Positions 1 to 8,796 of a stretch of DNA of 51,558 nt are shown here, piece after piece (positions within the stretch are counted from its first letter, which is position 1; each line of letters starts with the position of its first letter). The notes below the pieces were generated by a model, which was not told the origin of the DNA, ran no database searches, and was given only the letters and a program-made list of their open reading frames with translations. Source of the stretch: Candidatus Sericytochromatia bacterium. GTDB lineage: Bacteria; Cyanobacteriota; Sericytochromatia; S15B-MN24; UBA4093. The stretch spans positions 1 through 51,558 of the forward strand of contig JAKFCT010000060.1 of assembly GCA_036676495.1 (NCBI GenBank). The letters run 5' to 3'. The position numbers and the translations under genes were made by a program.

Positions 1-915
1 ATCGGTGTTGACCCGGTAGAGGTCGAAGTTGCCTCCCCCGCGATCGCTGGCGAAGGCGATCTGGCGGGAATCCGGCGCCCAGGTGGGATCGACGTTCATG
101 CCGGAGACGCCGGTGACGTTCCAGGTGTAGCCGGCCGAGTCCAGGGTGTAGATGGCCGAGAAGCCGGTGCCCGGGTAGTAGACGAAGGCGACCTTGCGAC
201 CGTCCGGCGAGATGGCGGGGCTGCCTCCGCTCAACGGCACGTTGTTGCGATCCTTGAGCTGGCGATGGTTGGTGACGCCGTAGCCGCCCTCGCCGACCGT
301 CGCGGCCCAGAGTTCGCCGACGGCCCCGTTGGACTCCTTCACGTAGACCATGGTGTCGCCGCTCAAGCTGATGGCCTGGGTCTCCTGGGCCGAGGAGAAG
401 CCGTCGTCGGCCTGGATGATGAGGCGATCGCCCTGGACCATGTTGCCCTGGGCATCCGAGTAGCGCGAGGTGAAGGGCGCGACGTAGGTGAAGGTCCCGC
501 TCTTGGTACTGGCGATCTGCTCCTTCATGTCGATCTCGGGATCGCCCGTGAGGATCCGGCCCCGTTCGGCCTGCACGGAATACGTGATGGTGCGACCAGG
601 CACGGAAGCCGCCTTTACCGTAATCTGGGTTTGGCCACCAACGGATAGGGCTTGTTTATCGATTTGCACCGACCCGATGACGAGCCTATCACCAACCTGG
701 GATGCTGGCGTTGGCTCAGGTGAACTACCTTGTTTATGGTCACTGTCACCGGAACTCGGACTGGGGGATCCTTGCTTTGGAGAAAGAAGTTGATCAAGGC
801 CGCTCGCGTTGATCTGGATATTGCACGCGGCCAGCAATAAAGGCAGCAAGACCATGGTCTGCCGAGAATAGCGAAAAAAAGCCTGTTTGAATGTCTGCTG
901 CGAGCGAATCGTCAT
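1..915 (-). CDS. TolB-like (PD40/WD40 beta-propeller) lipoprotein, 3' end beyond window
   Basis: Manual translation (not in ORF track): MTIRSQQTFKQAFFRYSRQTMVLLPLLLAAC lipobox, Ser/Pro linker, then PD40 motifs SPAISPDGRKVAF and DPTWAPDSRQIAFASDRGGGNFDLY; frame runs to position 1. Confidence 0.8.
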   Translation of the reverse strand, partial: MTIRSQQTFKQAFFRYSRQTMVLLPLLLAACNIQINASGLDQLLSPKQGSPSPSSGDSDHKQGSSPEPTPASQVGDRLVIGSVQIDKQALSVGGQTQITVKAASVPGRTITYSVQAERGRILTGDPEIDMKEQIASTKSGTFTYVAPFTSRYSDAQGNMVQGDRLIIQADDGFSSAQETQAISLSGDTMVYVKESNGAVGELWAATVGEGGYGVTNHRQLKDRNNVPLSGGSPAISPDGRKVAFVYYPGTGFSAIYTLDSAGYTWNVTGVSGMNVDPTWAPDSRQIAFASDRGGGNFDLYRVNTD

Positions 916-1080
916 GTTGCTGGCACCATCTCGTTCAATCTTCTCAATCAAGCTATACCCTTCAAATCCTAATCCAAGCATTAGCAATGCTCGCCTAGTT
1001 CCCTCGACTCCTTCAAGGGCAAAGCGCAGGGGCACGCAGATCCTCCGCCAGGCAGAAGAAAGAAGCAAGCACCACAGTCC

Positions 1081-1797
1081 CTATTTGCTGAGGTTGTTCT
1101 TCATCCAGGGATTGAGATCCAGGAGGCCGTAGGAACCCTTGGGACTCTTGAGATAGAGCGGCAATTCCGAGGGCATGTAGGCCTCCGCCTCGAGCCCGAA
1201 ACCGTTCCAGAGCTTCTCCCGGCTGCCTCCGGGAAGCATCTTTCTGGACTCGTCCAGGGCCTTGCCGGACTCGTTGAGCCAAGACGCATTGCTCACGACC
1301 TTCTGACCGTAGAGGACGAAACCGATCCCCGCATCGAATGGGCTACCGGCCGGTTTGCCGGTCTCGTCAGTGGGCGTCAGCCGCTTCGATGCGACGAAGG
1401 CCATGGCATAAGGGCCCAGGGGAACTTGCTTGTAGATCGTGGCGGGTCGGACCGTGCTCGTGAAGCCGCGCCAGTCGGGAGGGGCGACCTTGACCGTGCG
1501 GCCCGGAAGGGCCGTCTTGGCGGCGGTTTCCTTGGTCTTGGAGAGCGCGGCCTCCATCATCGTGCCCTTGCCCCAGTACTTGTCCTCCCAGCCGCGCATG
1601 GCCGCCATGGAGGTCTCGCGGGCGGCAAAGCGCGCGGCGACGATGGTGTTCTGCCGCTCGACCATCGCGAAGCCGAAGAAGCCCATCGCGAGCAACATGA
1701 ACACCAGCAGGGGAAGGATCAGGGCCGCCTCGAGGATGGCTTGACCCCGCTGCCTCCGCTTAGTGCTGGGAATTGAGGCCTTGCATGTCGGTGCCAT
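1081..1797 (-). CDS. TadE-like pseudopilin (238 aa)
   Basis: RGQAILEAALILPLL...AARFAARE: G|Q cleavage site, E+5, hydrophobic helix, TadE AAR motif. Confidence 0.8.
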   Translation of the reverse strand: MAPTCKASIPSTKRRQRGQAILEAALILPLLVFMLLAMGFFGFAMVERQNTIVAARFAARETSMAAMRGWEDKYWGKGTMMEAALSKTKETAAKTALPGRTVKVAPPDWRGFTSTVRPATIYKQVPLGPYAMAFVASKRLTPTDETGKPAGSPFDAGIGFVLYGQKVVSNASWLNESGKALDESRKMLPGGSREKLWNGFGLEAEAYMPSELPLYLKSPKGSYGLLDLNPWMKNNLSK

Positions 1798-2704
1798 CGG
1801 GTAGCTTTCCTGTACGCATCAAGCGGGGACTGTACCAAGGGAGGCCGAACTCGCCCAGGACCGGTACCTTGAAGCTCAGTCCCTGCTCTCGCGGGTCCGT
1901 GCCCTGGATCGTGACGGCAGGCACCGGGCCCGCGGCGGCCCAGGCCCAGAGCTCGAGGGGAGCGGCGCCCCGTGAAAGGGGCTGGACCTGGGGTTTGACC
2001 CAGACGAAGCTCTTGCCGGAGACGCCGCGTTTGCCGGCTCCTTCGTTGGCGAAGTTCATGCCTCCGATGAACTTGGAGGTGCCGAGGCCTCCGTTCTCGA
2101 CGAAGGCGCCGGGGTCCGACAGGAGGCGCATGTTGCGCTGATCGACCGCGCGGCCGGTGGCCGAGTGATCGTTCATGCCGGAGACATTGGCGGCGTAAGC
2201 GATCCGGGCGGCCTCGGCAGCGAGCTTGGGCCCTTCCTCCTCGATCCACGCGTTATAGGCCCGGAGGCCGTGGCGCAGGCGGTTGTAGCGGTCCATGTGC
2301 TGATCGGCGCGCTTCATATGGTCTTCGAACGCGGCATGGGTCGGCTTGGCGGGGGCAGGTACCGGGGGCTGACCGGGAGCCGGAAGGGAGGGCGCCACTC
2401 CGTTGAACTGGCTCAGGCTGGCGATGCCGGCGAGGATCTCACGGCGCGCCAAGATCGCCTGATCGGTCATGGCCAGGTAGGCCAGGGTCCGGGTATGGTG
2501 CACGCTGACCTTCAGGGAAACCGAGGCCAGCGCGGCCGCGTCCGCCCCGTTTTGACTCATGACCTTGGCGGCCACGAGGCGGCCCAGGTCGTAGGTGGTG
2601 TAAAGGACGGTGACCAGGGCGCCTGCAACGATCGCCACGTAGATCATCGACTGACCGTCGTCCTGGCGGCGGATCTTATCGAGCAAGCGTAAGAGTGACG
2701 TCAT
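1760..2704 (-). CDS. Tad-domain (TadG-like) minor pilin, 314 aa
   Basis: DDGQSMIYVAIV...DLGRL...SQNGADAAALA is the Tad N-terminal signature; ATG at 2704 overlaps the upstream stop (ATGA), so the ORF-track start at 3127 is too far upstream. Confidence 0.8.
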   Translation of the reverse strand: MTSLLRLLDKIRRQDDGQSMIYVAIVAGALVTVLYTTYDLGRLVAAKVMSQNGADAAALASVSLKVSVHHTRTLAYLAMTDQAILARREILAGIASLSQFNGVAPSLPAPGQPPVPAPAKPTHAAFEDHMKRADQHMDRYNRLRHGLRAYNAWIEEEGPKLAAEAARIAYAANVSGMNDHSATGRAVDQRNMRLLSDPGAFVENGGLGTSKFIGGMNFANEGAGKRGVSGKSFVWVKPQVQPLSRGAAPLELWAWAAAGPVPAVTIQGTDPREQGLSFKVPVLGEFGLPWYSPRLMRTGKLPDGTDMQGLNSQH

Positions 2705-3675
2705 GGCTGGGCCTTTGTCTGGAAGATGGTGCCCTCGACGAAGGTCTGCACCCCCATGGCGAGGGGAGTCATGGCCGTGCGGTCGATCGTGAGGGCCGTG
2801 CCGGTGATGAACGTGACGGTGCCAGCGATGGTGGGGTCGATGGATCCGGCCTGTTTGAAGGCATAGATCCAGTTGGCGAGGGTCTGATAGTCCTTGAGGC
2901 CCTGGTAGACATGGGCGGACTGTCCGAGACCGTTGGCGGCCCCGGGGCCGAGGCGGCTGTAGCTGGCGGGTTCTTCGGCCTGACGGTCCAGGTACCAGTC
3001 TCCGGCGTAGCGGCTCTCCTGGTTCCAGGTCCGGCGAGGGTTCTCGGCCACGGCCTGGCGGGTGGGGTCGATCCCGTAGGCCAGGGAAGCGGCGCGGTTT
3101 CCGACGCCGGGAAGCTTGGAGAGCCATGGGGCGAGGGTCGAGACGGGCTTGGCCAGGGTGTCGAGGTTGCCCAGCTTGGTGCGGTAGTCGACGAGGTTAT
3201 GGGTGAAGGCGCGGGCGGCCGAGCGGGCGCCGTCTCCGGGGACGTATTCCTGGTTGAGGGTGACGGCGGCCGCGAGTCGGACCTCCGGATCGAGCGTGCC
3301 TCCCAGGGCCTGGGAGGCGCCTGCGACGAGGCCAGTCCAGGACTCCTTCTTCTGGAGCGTCACCTTGACCCAGCGTTGATCGTCGTGCTTGGTGGCCTTG
3401 ACGGAGCCGGCGTCGCCGGCGACGACCTTGGCGAGCCAGGGGGCCTGACTTTCCTCGGAGAAGGTCTTCAGGGTCTCTTGCACAGCGGCGTTGGTCTCGG
3501 GGCCGCTCACGGCGGCGGCGCGGGCGGCGATGAAGCCGGCTCCGCCCATGACCAGCTGGCGCTGGAGAAAGATGCCCAGTTCGATCGTACCGAAGGTCAA
3601 GAGGAGCAGGATCGGCAGCACCAGGATGAACTCGACCGTGGACTGGCCGTTTTGATCCTTCCAGGTGCGACGCAT
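2701..3675 (-). CDS. TadE-like pseudopilin with long C-terminal extension (324 aa)
   Basis: NGQSTVEFILVLPILLLLTFGTIELG...AARAAA TadE motif. Confidence 0.8.
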   Translation of the reverse strand: MRRTWKDQNGQSTVEFILVLPILLLLTFGTIELGIFLQRQLVMGGAGFIAARAAAVSGPETNAAVQETLKTFSEESQAPWLAKVVAGDAGSVKATKHDDQRWVKVTLQKKESWTGLVAGASQALGGTLDPEVRLAAAVTLNQEYVPGDGARSAARAFTHNLVDYRTKLGNLDTLAKPVSTLAPWLSKLPGVGNRAASLAYGIDPTRQAVAENPRRTWNQESRYAGDWYLDRQAEEPASYSRLGPGAANGLGQSAHVYQGLKDYQTLANWIYAFKQAGSIDPTIAGTVTFITGTALTIDRTAMTPLAMGVQTFVEGTIFQTKAQP

Positions 3676-3693
3676 GACGATGATCCTCGCGGT

Positions 3694-4218
3694 CTAGCCG
3701 CCCACGAGCCGGGGAATCGTGGGGTAGGCGAGGGCGAGTACGGTGCCCGCGGCGATCGCCAAGCCGTAAGGGAATTTCGGCGCCGCGCTCTCGGTGAGGA
3801 TCTCGGTGGGCTTGACCCCGGGCATGAGGGCAACCGCGAAGAAGTGGTAGAGGTTCGAGAGGACCTGTTTCATGGCTCCGGCCTGCAGGGCGAAGGCGAT
3901 GCCCAGGACGCCTCCGGCGAGGGCCACGTAGATCATGTCCACCAGGATCAAGGGGAAGCCGAGCCAGGCGCCGATGGCGGTCATGAGCTTGAGATCCCCA
4001 CCTCCCATGCCGCCGAAGAGGAAGAGCAGAAGGAAGATACCAAAGGCGGTTCCGGCTCCCGCGAGGCTCATCAGGAAGCCGTGTCCTCCGCCGAAGATCG
4101 CGCTCAGGACGAGGCCGACCAGGAGGGCGGGGAGGGTGAGCCAGTTATAAATCCGGCGCCAGCGCCAATCGGTGTAGACGGCGATCGCCAACACCGCGAC
4201 CAGGGCCCATTGCCACAT
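3694..4218 (-). CDS. cpaA: Prepilin peptidase, A24 family (CpaA/TadV)
   Basis: YTDWRWRRIYN, GGMGGGDLKL and KFPYGLAIAAG motifs; hydrophobic; directly downstream of flp genes. Confidence 0.92.
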   Translation of the reverse strand: MWQWALVAVLAIAVYTDWRWRRIYNWLTLPALLVGLVLSAIFGGGHGFLMSLAGAGTAFGIFLLLFLFGGMGGGDLKLMTAIGAWLGFPLILVDMIYVALAGGVLGIAFALQAGAMKQVLSNLYHFFAVALMPGVKPTEILTESAAPKFPYGLAIAAGTVLALAYPTIPRLVGG

Positions 4219-4320
4219 GATGAATGACCTCCAGCTAGGAAAAGCGCCATGGCTCTTCCGTCAGGGTGCACGTGAACGCGATCCGGTCGGAAAGGAGCTT
4301 GGCCACAGGAGGCAAGACGA

Positions 4321-4378
4321 AGCCCCCGCTGGTTGTTCCATACCCGGTGGGGGGTATGGCCTCACGCCAGCGAGGGCT
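4321..4378 (-). other. Nested stem-loop between flp pilins and cpaA
   Basis: Outer arms 4321-4332/4367-4378 (one G-U on the minus strand), inner arms CCATACCC 4338-4345/GGGTATGG 4352-4359. Confidence 0.6.
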
Positions 4379-4405
4379 CGAAACTGGTCTTGGGGATGCG
4401 TAAAG

Positions 4406-4588
4406 CTAGTTGATGTTCTTGCCGAGTTCGCCGACCTTCTTGGCGAGCTTGCCGACCATATCGTTGACGTTCTTGCCGAGGGTGTTGTAACCGGCGACGC
4501 AGACCAGGGCGACCGCAGCCACGATCAGGCTGTACTCGACCATCGACTGACCTTCTTCGTCCCGGATAAGCTTGTTAATCAGTTCCAT
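4406..4588 (-). CDS. flp: Flp family type IVb/c pilin (locus A, copy 2)
   Basis: RDEEGQSMVEYSLIV Flp motif, 60 aa, AGGAGG RBS. Confidence 0.95.
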   Translation of the reverse strand: MELINKLIRDEEGQSMVEYSLIVAAVALVCVAGYNTLGKNVNDMVGKLAKKVGELGKNIN

Positions 4589-4636
4589 TGTTGCATCCTC
4601 CTCAAACCAGTAAGCGAAAACGGATTCAGGTCGCGG

Positions 4637-4819
4637 TTAGTTGATGTTCTTGCCGATCTCGCCGACCTTCTTGGAGAGCTTGCCGACCATGTCGTTGACG
4701 TTCTTGCCGAGGGTGTTGTAACCGGCAACGCAGACCAGAGCGACCGCAGCGACGATAAGGCTGTACTCGACCATCGACTGACCTTCTTCGTCCCGGATAA
4801 TCTTGGTGATGAGTTCCAT
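4637..4819 (-). CDS. flp: Flp family pilin (locus A, copy 1)
   Basis: RDEEGQSMVEYSLIV; near-identical to the neighbouring copy; AGGAGG RBS. Confidence 0.95.
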   Translation of the reverse strand: MELITKIIRDEEGQSMVEYSLIVAAVALVCVAGYNTLGKNVNDMVGKLSKKVGEIGKNIN

Positions 4820-4871
4820 TGCAACATCCTCCTATTGGCTAACGCTCTCTCAAACCTTTGTCGTAGGAGGG

Positions 4872-4899
4872 TTATCGCCGGAGCTCCGGGAGGGCTTGC
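4872..4899 (-). promoter_or_regulatory. Putative alternative-sigma promoter GCAAG-N15-GGCGATAA
   Basis: About 50 nt upstream of the flp ATG; same motif recurs at 28945, 47078 and 49532. Confidence 0.55.
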
Positions 4900-5233
4900 G
4901 CTGATCTGGTGAAGGAGGATTGAAGCTTTCCCTAAATCCAGATTAAGCTTGCTGAACTCACGCCAAGACGTGCGATTGACACGGGTTTGCAGGCAACGAG
5001 CGCCTCACCCGGACGGTTCAAAGCACCCCGAGATCACGGAACGGCTCGGTCACTCGCCAACCGAGCAAGCGGCCGTACGCAAGTGCACAGCCGCGCCGCG
5101 ATGGCCCATTCACTCGACCGTCTCGCGTTGTGGCATCCTGATACTCAATCACCCACCCCCCCCTCTCGAACCGAAGCCCGCCGGTCACACACCCGGCGGG
5201 CTTCCTTCATGCGCCCGAAGGCAGGCACGGACG

Positions 5234-5263
5234 CCGTCGGGTGTTTCCCCGTCGGATGTTTCC
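5234..5263. repeat. 15-bp tandem repeat x2 (CCGTCGGRTGTTTCC)
   Basis: 5234-5248 and 5249-5263, one mismatch. Confidence 0.8.
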
Positions 5264-5526
5264 GAAGCGAAGGGGTATCTTTAGGCTGCAACGGCGAGAG
5301 AAGGGCGGTCGAGTCCTCACGCGGACTCTCGACTAGCGTGCCGGGCCGCAACGAGTCGGGGAGGTCACGAGGGCCCGGGGATAGGCTTGATACCCGACGC
5401 TTTGGCCCGAAGAGACAGGGGCCCCGACCACCAGGCCTCCTCAGCAAGGCCCGGCTCCGCAGGCCCAGGCTAGAATCCAAGTTCCAGCCTGGGGAAGCGT
5501 TCGAGATCCGCGGAGGACCGTACCGA

Positions 5527-5585
5527 CCGGACCGAGCCCTTCCATTCCGGACCGAGCCCTTCCATTTGGGACCGAGCCGCTTCAT
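5527..5585. repeat. 20-bp tandem repeat x3 (CCGGACCGAGCCCTTCCATT)
   Basis: Two exact copies (5527-5546, 5547-5566) and a degenerate third (TGGGACCGAGCCGCTTCAT). Confidence 0.9.
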
Positions 5586-5615
5586 AAAAAAAGGCCCACC
5601 CTTGCGGGTGAGCCT
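5586..5615 (-). terminator. Intrinsic terminator of the DUF4015-like gene
   Basis: Minus strand AGGCTCACCC-GCAA-GGGTGGGCCT followed by a T run. Confidence 0.85.
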
Positions 5616-5643
5616 GAAGGATGAACGGAGCTAATGGAATGAG

Positions 5644-6828
5644 CTAGCGGGCAGACATGGCCTTCCAGGTGGGCTCGTACTTGTTGCTGGCGTTCCAGAC
5701 CAGGTAACCGACGGCGTTGGCGTCCTTCGCGGCGTCGATCTGCTTGCCGACGTAGCCGGGTCCGAAGTTGGTCACCCGCCAGCCGAAGCCCTGGATCCAG
5801 GGACGGACGACGGCGCCCGAACCCTCGATCTTGGCCTGAAGCTTCTTCACGCCCTGATCGACGAAGTAGACCGGGTGGTCGGCAGGGTTCTGCTTGCCGT
5901 CGAAGACCTTGCCGAAGTGCGAAGGGTAAACCATCGGGCACATGACGTCGACGTACTTGGCGAGATCCTCGACCTTCTGGCCGGTGATCCGCTGGTCGAT
6001 GTCCTTGTTCCAGGCGATCACACCGAAGACGTCGATAGAGATGAGCACGCCCTTGGGCTTGAGGGCCTCGTTGGCCTTCTTCATGAAGGCCGTGATGACC
6101 TCGTGCTTGGGGGTCTTCGAGGTGTCGAAGGAGTAGGCGATATCCGAGGTCTTGCTCTCGGCGGGAAAACGCACGTAGTCGAACTGGATCTCGTCGACGC
6201 CGATCTCCGCGAGCTCGTTGGCGATCGCCAGGTTGTAGGCGATGACCTCCGGATGGTTCGGATCGAGCCACTGAAGCTTGCCCTTGTCCAGCCAGGGCTT
6301 CCCGGTGGACTGGCTCTTGAGCGTGAGATCCGGGCGCGCCTTGGCGAGGATCGGATCCTTGAAGAGGACGATCCGGCCGGCGACGTGAATGCCCTTGTCG
6401 TGCATCTGCTTCACCCGGGTCTTGAGATCCCGGATGGGGCCTTCCTTGTCAGCGCCGATCTGCTTGACCATAGGGACCTCGCTCTTGTAGGAGACGATCC
6501 CGTCCTCGTTCTTGACGTCGAAGACCACCGTGTTGCCGCCCGACTTCACGAGGGCGTCGGTCATGGTGTGGAAGCGATCGATCTGGATCGAGGTGGCCGT
6601 CATGTAGATGCCCTTGGCCTCAAAGGACTTGTCCTTCGACTTCTTGGACGGCTGCGCCGGCTGGGCGGCTTGCGTCGTCTGGGAAGCCGAGGCGACGGCG
6701 GACTTGGGGGACGTGGAGTCCGGGGTTCCGGCGGAGTCCGAGCCGGAATTGCAGGCGCCCAGCGGGATAATCAGCAAAGCAGCGAATGCAAGCCGCAGCT
6801 TGCGGGCGGAAAAACCGAAGGTCGTCAT
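5644..6828 (-). CDS. Putative glycoside hydrolase lipoprotein (DUF4015-like)
   Basis: LGAC lipobox; KGIYMT, VFDVKNEDG, RIVLFKDP, GVDEIQFDYVRFP, PMVYPSH, VRPWIQGF and WNASNKY motifs. Confidence 0.85.
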   Translation of the reverse strand: MTTFGFSARKLRLAFAALLIIPLGACNSGSDSAGTPDSTSPKSAVASASQTTQAAQPAQPSKKSKDKSFEAKGIYMTATSIQIDRFHTMTDALVKSGGNTVVFDVKNEDGIVSYKSEVPMVKQIGADKEGPIRDLKTRVKQMHDKGIHVAGRIVLFKDPILAKARPDLTLKSQSTGKPWLDKGKLQWLDPNHPEVIAYNLAIANELAEIGVDEIQFDYVRFPAESKTSDIAYSFDTSKTPKHEVITAFMKKANEALKPKGVLISIDVFGVIAWNKDIDQRITGQKVEDLAKYVDVMCPMVYPSHFGKVFDGKQNPADHPVYFVDQGVKKLQAKIEGSGAVVRPWIQGFGWRVTNFGPGYVGKQIDAAKDANAVGYLVWNASNKYEPTWKAMSAR

Positions 6829-6928
6829 GAATGGGCTCCTCAAGAATGAAGAAAAGAGACGCCCCTTATATACCGCATCCACCGGCATGATGAAAGGGGC
6901 TCGGTCAAATGTTCATCTGGCCGAAACA

Positions 6929-6955
6929 AAGGGCCCCGACTGCGTCGGGGCCCTT
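6929..6955 (-). terminator. Intrinsic terminator of the helicase gene
   Basis: 12-bp stem AAGGGCCCCGAC/GTCGGGGCCCTT followed by T-rich bases on the minus strand. Confidence 0.8.
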
Positions 6956-6970
6956 CAGGATGATGAGGGA

Positions 6971-8659
6971 CTACTCGGAGTAGACCACCTGGGAGGGCTT
7001 GCGCTGGGTGCGCGAGCGCTCCGGCGCGCGGCGGCGCCGCCCGTTGCGATCCTCGCGATCGTCGCCCTTCTGGATCTTGACCTCTTCCTGCGGCTGCTTG
7101 ACAGCAGGCAGGAAGCCCTGGGCCTGCGGAACCAGGCTCAAGAGCGAGGCGATGATCTGCTCGGGATGACCCTGACGCAGCAGTTCTTCGGCCATGGCGA
7201 GGTAAGACTGACGGTTGGAGCCCCAGCGCAGAACCTCTTGAGCCGTGAGCGAGCGGGGGCGCGGAGCCTCCGCAGAGCGCGGCAGCTGGCCGTTGGACGA
7301 TTGGCGGGCTTCCGGGCGCGAGGCCGGACGCTCCTGCGACGGAGCGCTGAGCGAACGCTCAGGAGCAACCCGCTCAGGCGTCCCCCGTTCGGGCGCGACT
7401 CGCTCGGAAGCCGCCCGCTCGGGAGTCCGCCGCTCGCGCGCAGGACGCTCGGAGACGGGGCGCTCCGAAACGGGTGGCCGTTCGGGCGAACGCGGAGCCG
7501 CCGGGCGTGCCGCCGGTTCCGCAGCCGGAGCTTCCGGGCGCGGGGCGGGAGCGGCATTCTTTTGCATGCCCTCGCGCAGGTCGCGCTGGATCCGGATGAA
7601 ATCGCGCTCCTCGATGGGAGTCACCAGGGTGATGGCGGTGCCCTTCTTGCCGGCTCGGCCGGTACGGCCGGAGCGGTGGACGTAGGTCTCGGTGTTGTCG
7701 GGAACCTGGAGGTTGATCACGTGCGTGATCCCCGAGATGTCGAGGCCGCGGGCCGCGACGTCCGTGGCCACCAGCAGGTTGACCTCGCCCTTCTTGAAGG
7801 CGTCGAGGGCCGCGATCCGCTGGGCCTGGTTCATGTCGCCGTTGATGAAGGTCGCCTGGAGGCCGGCCTGCTTGAGCTTGCGGGCGACCAGGGTGGTCTC
7901 GGTCTTGCGCTTGCAGAAGATGATGCCCAGATGCGGATTCTCGAGCTTGAGAAGCTTGATCAGGGTGTCGATCTTCTGGGGTTCGGTCGTCTTGATGAAG
8001 CGGTGCTTGATGTCGACCGGGGTCGTGAGGCCGGTGGAGACCGAGATCTTCTCGGGGTTCTTCATGTAGCGCCGGGCGATGGCCTCGATCGGGCCCGGGA
8101 AAGTGGCCGAGAAGAGCAGCGACTGCCGCTCCTTGGGGAGGCCGGCCAGGAGGAACTCCAGGTCGTCCTTGAAGCCCATGTCGAGCATCTCGTCGGCCTC
8201 GTCGAGAATGACCATGCGACACGTCGAGAGCCGGAGGTTGCCGCGGGTCAGGTGGTCACGAAGCCGGCCGGGGGTTCCCACGATGATCTGGGACCATTCC
8301 AGGTCGGTGTACTGCGTGTCCATCTTGGTCCCGCCGTAGATGGCTCCCACCATCAGACGCATGTGAGCGCCGGCGCGGGAGAGCTCTTCGGCCACCTGAA
8401 TGGCCAGTTCGCGGGTGGGGACGATGACCAGGACCTGGACATCGTGGTTGGTGGGGTCGATTCGCTGAAGGACACCGAGGCCGAAACCGAGCGTCTTGCC
8501 AGAGCCGGTCTTGGCCTGGACGAGAAGGTCTTTTCCCTTAATGACCTCAGGGATGGCAGCCGCTTGCACCGGGGTGGGGCGTTCGTAGCCCATGTCGGCA
8601 AGGCCGCGCTGGATGTCCTCGTTCAGGGCGAAGTCGCGGAAAGTGATGTTTTCGGACAA
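6971..8659 (-). CDS. DEAD-box ATP-dependent RNA helicase
   Basis: Q motif PTPVQ, AKTGSGKT, PTRELA, TPGRL, DEAD, SAT, TDVAARGLD, HRSGRTGRAG; TTG start. Confidence 0.96.
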   Translation of the reverse strand: MSENITFRDFALNEDIQRGLADMGYERPTPVQAAAIPEVIKGKDLLVQAKTGSGKTLGFGLGVLQRIDPTNHDVQVLVIVPTRELAIQVAEELSRAGAHMRLMVGAIYGGTKMDTQYTDLEWSQIIVGTPGRLRDHLTRGNLRLSTCRMVILDEADEMLDMGFKDDLEFLLAGLPKERQSLLFSATFPGPIEAIARRYMKNPEKISVSTGLTTPVDIKHRFIKTTEPQKIDTLIKLLKLENPHLGIIFCKRKTETTLVARKLKQAGLQATFINGDMNQAQRIAALDAFKKGEVNLLVATDVAARGLDISGITHVINLQVPDNTETYVHRSGRTGRAGKKGTAITLVTPIEERDFIRIQRDLREGMQKNAAPAPRPEAPAAEPAARPAAPRSPERPPVSERPVSERPARERRTPERAASERVAPERGTPERVAPERSLSAPSQERPASRPEARQSSNGQLPRSAEAPRPRSLTAQEVLRWGSNRQSYLAMAEELLRQGHPEQIIASLLSLVPQAQGFLPAVKQPQEEVKIQKGDDREDRNGRRRRAPERSRTQRKPSQVVYSE

Positions 8660-8796
8660 ATAACCAATCCTCTTCCGAAGTGGAGAGAGCCTAACGTGAC
8701 TCCAGAACTAAGTCACAGGCGGCCTGAAGCCGCGGGCAGCGAGTCACAAAACTGCCAATCAGCGGTGTCCCGGACGGGATGCACCGTTCCCCCATC

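Noticed and set aside
4950-4966. Sigma-54-like GG-N10-GC on the minus strand (TTGGCGTGAGTTCAGCA)
   Set aside because: The -12 element lacks TTGC, and GG-N10-GC is common in GC-rich DNA
5527-5585. Possible mini-CRISPR array
   Set aside because: Repeats are contiguous with no spacers, and no cas genes are in the window
4820-5640. c-di-GMP riboswitch upstream of flp; ORFs 4949-5284, 4987-5634 and 5145-5585
   Set aside because: No GEMM core or tetraloop/receptor pattern recognised; the ORFs are Arg/Pro/Ser-rich with no RBS or family motif
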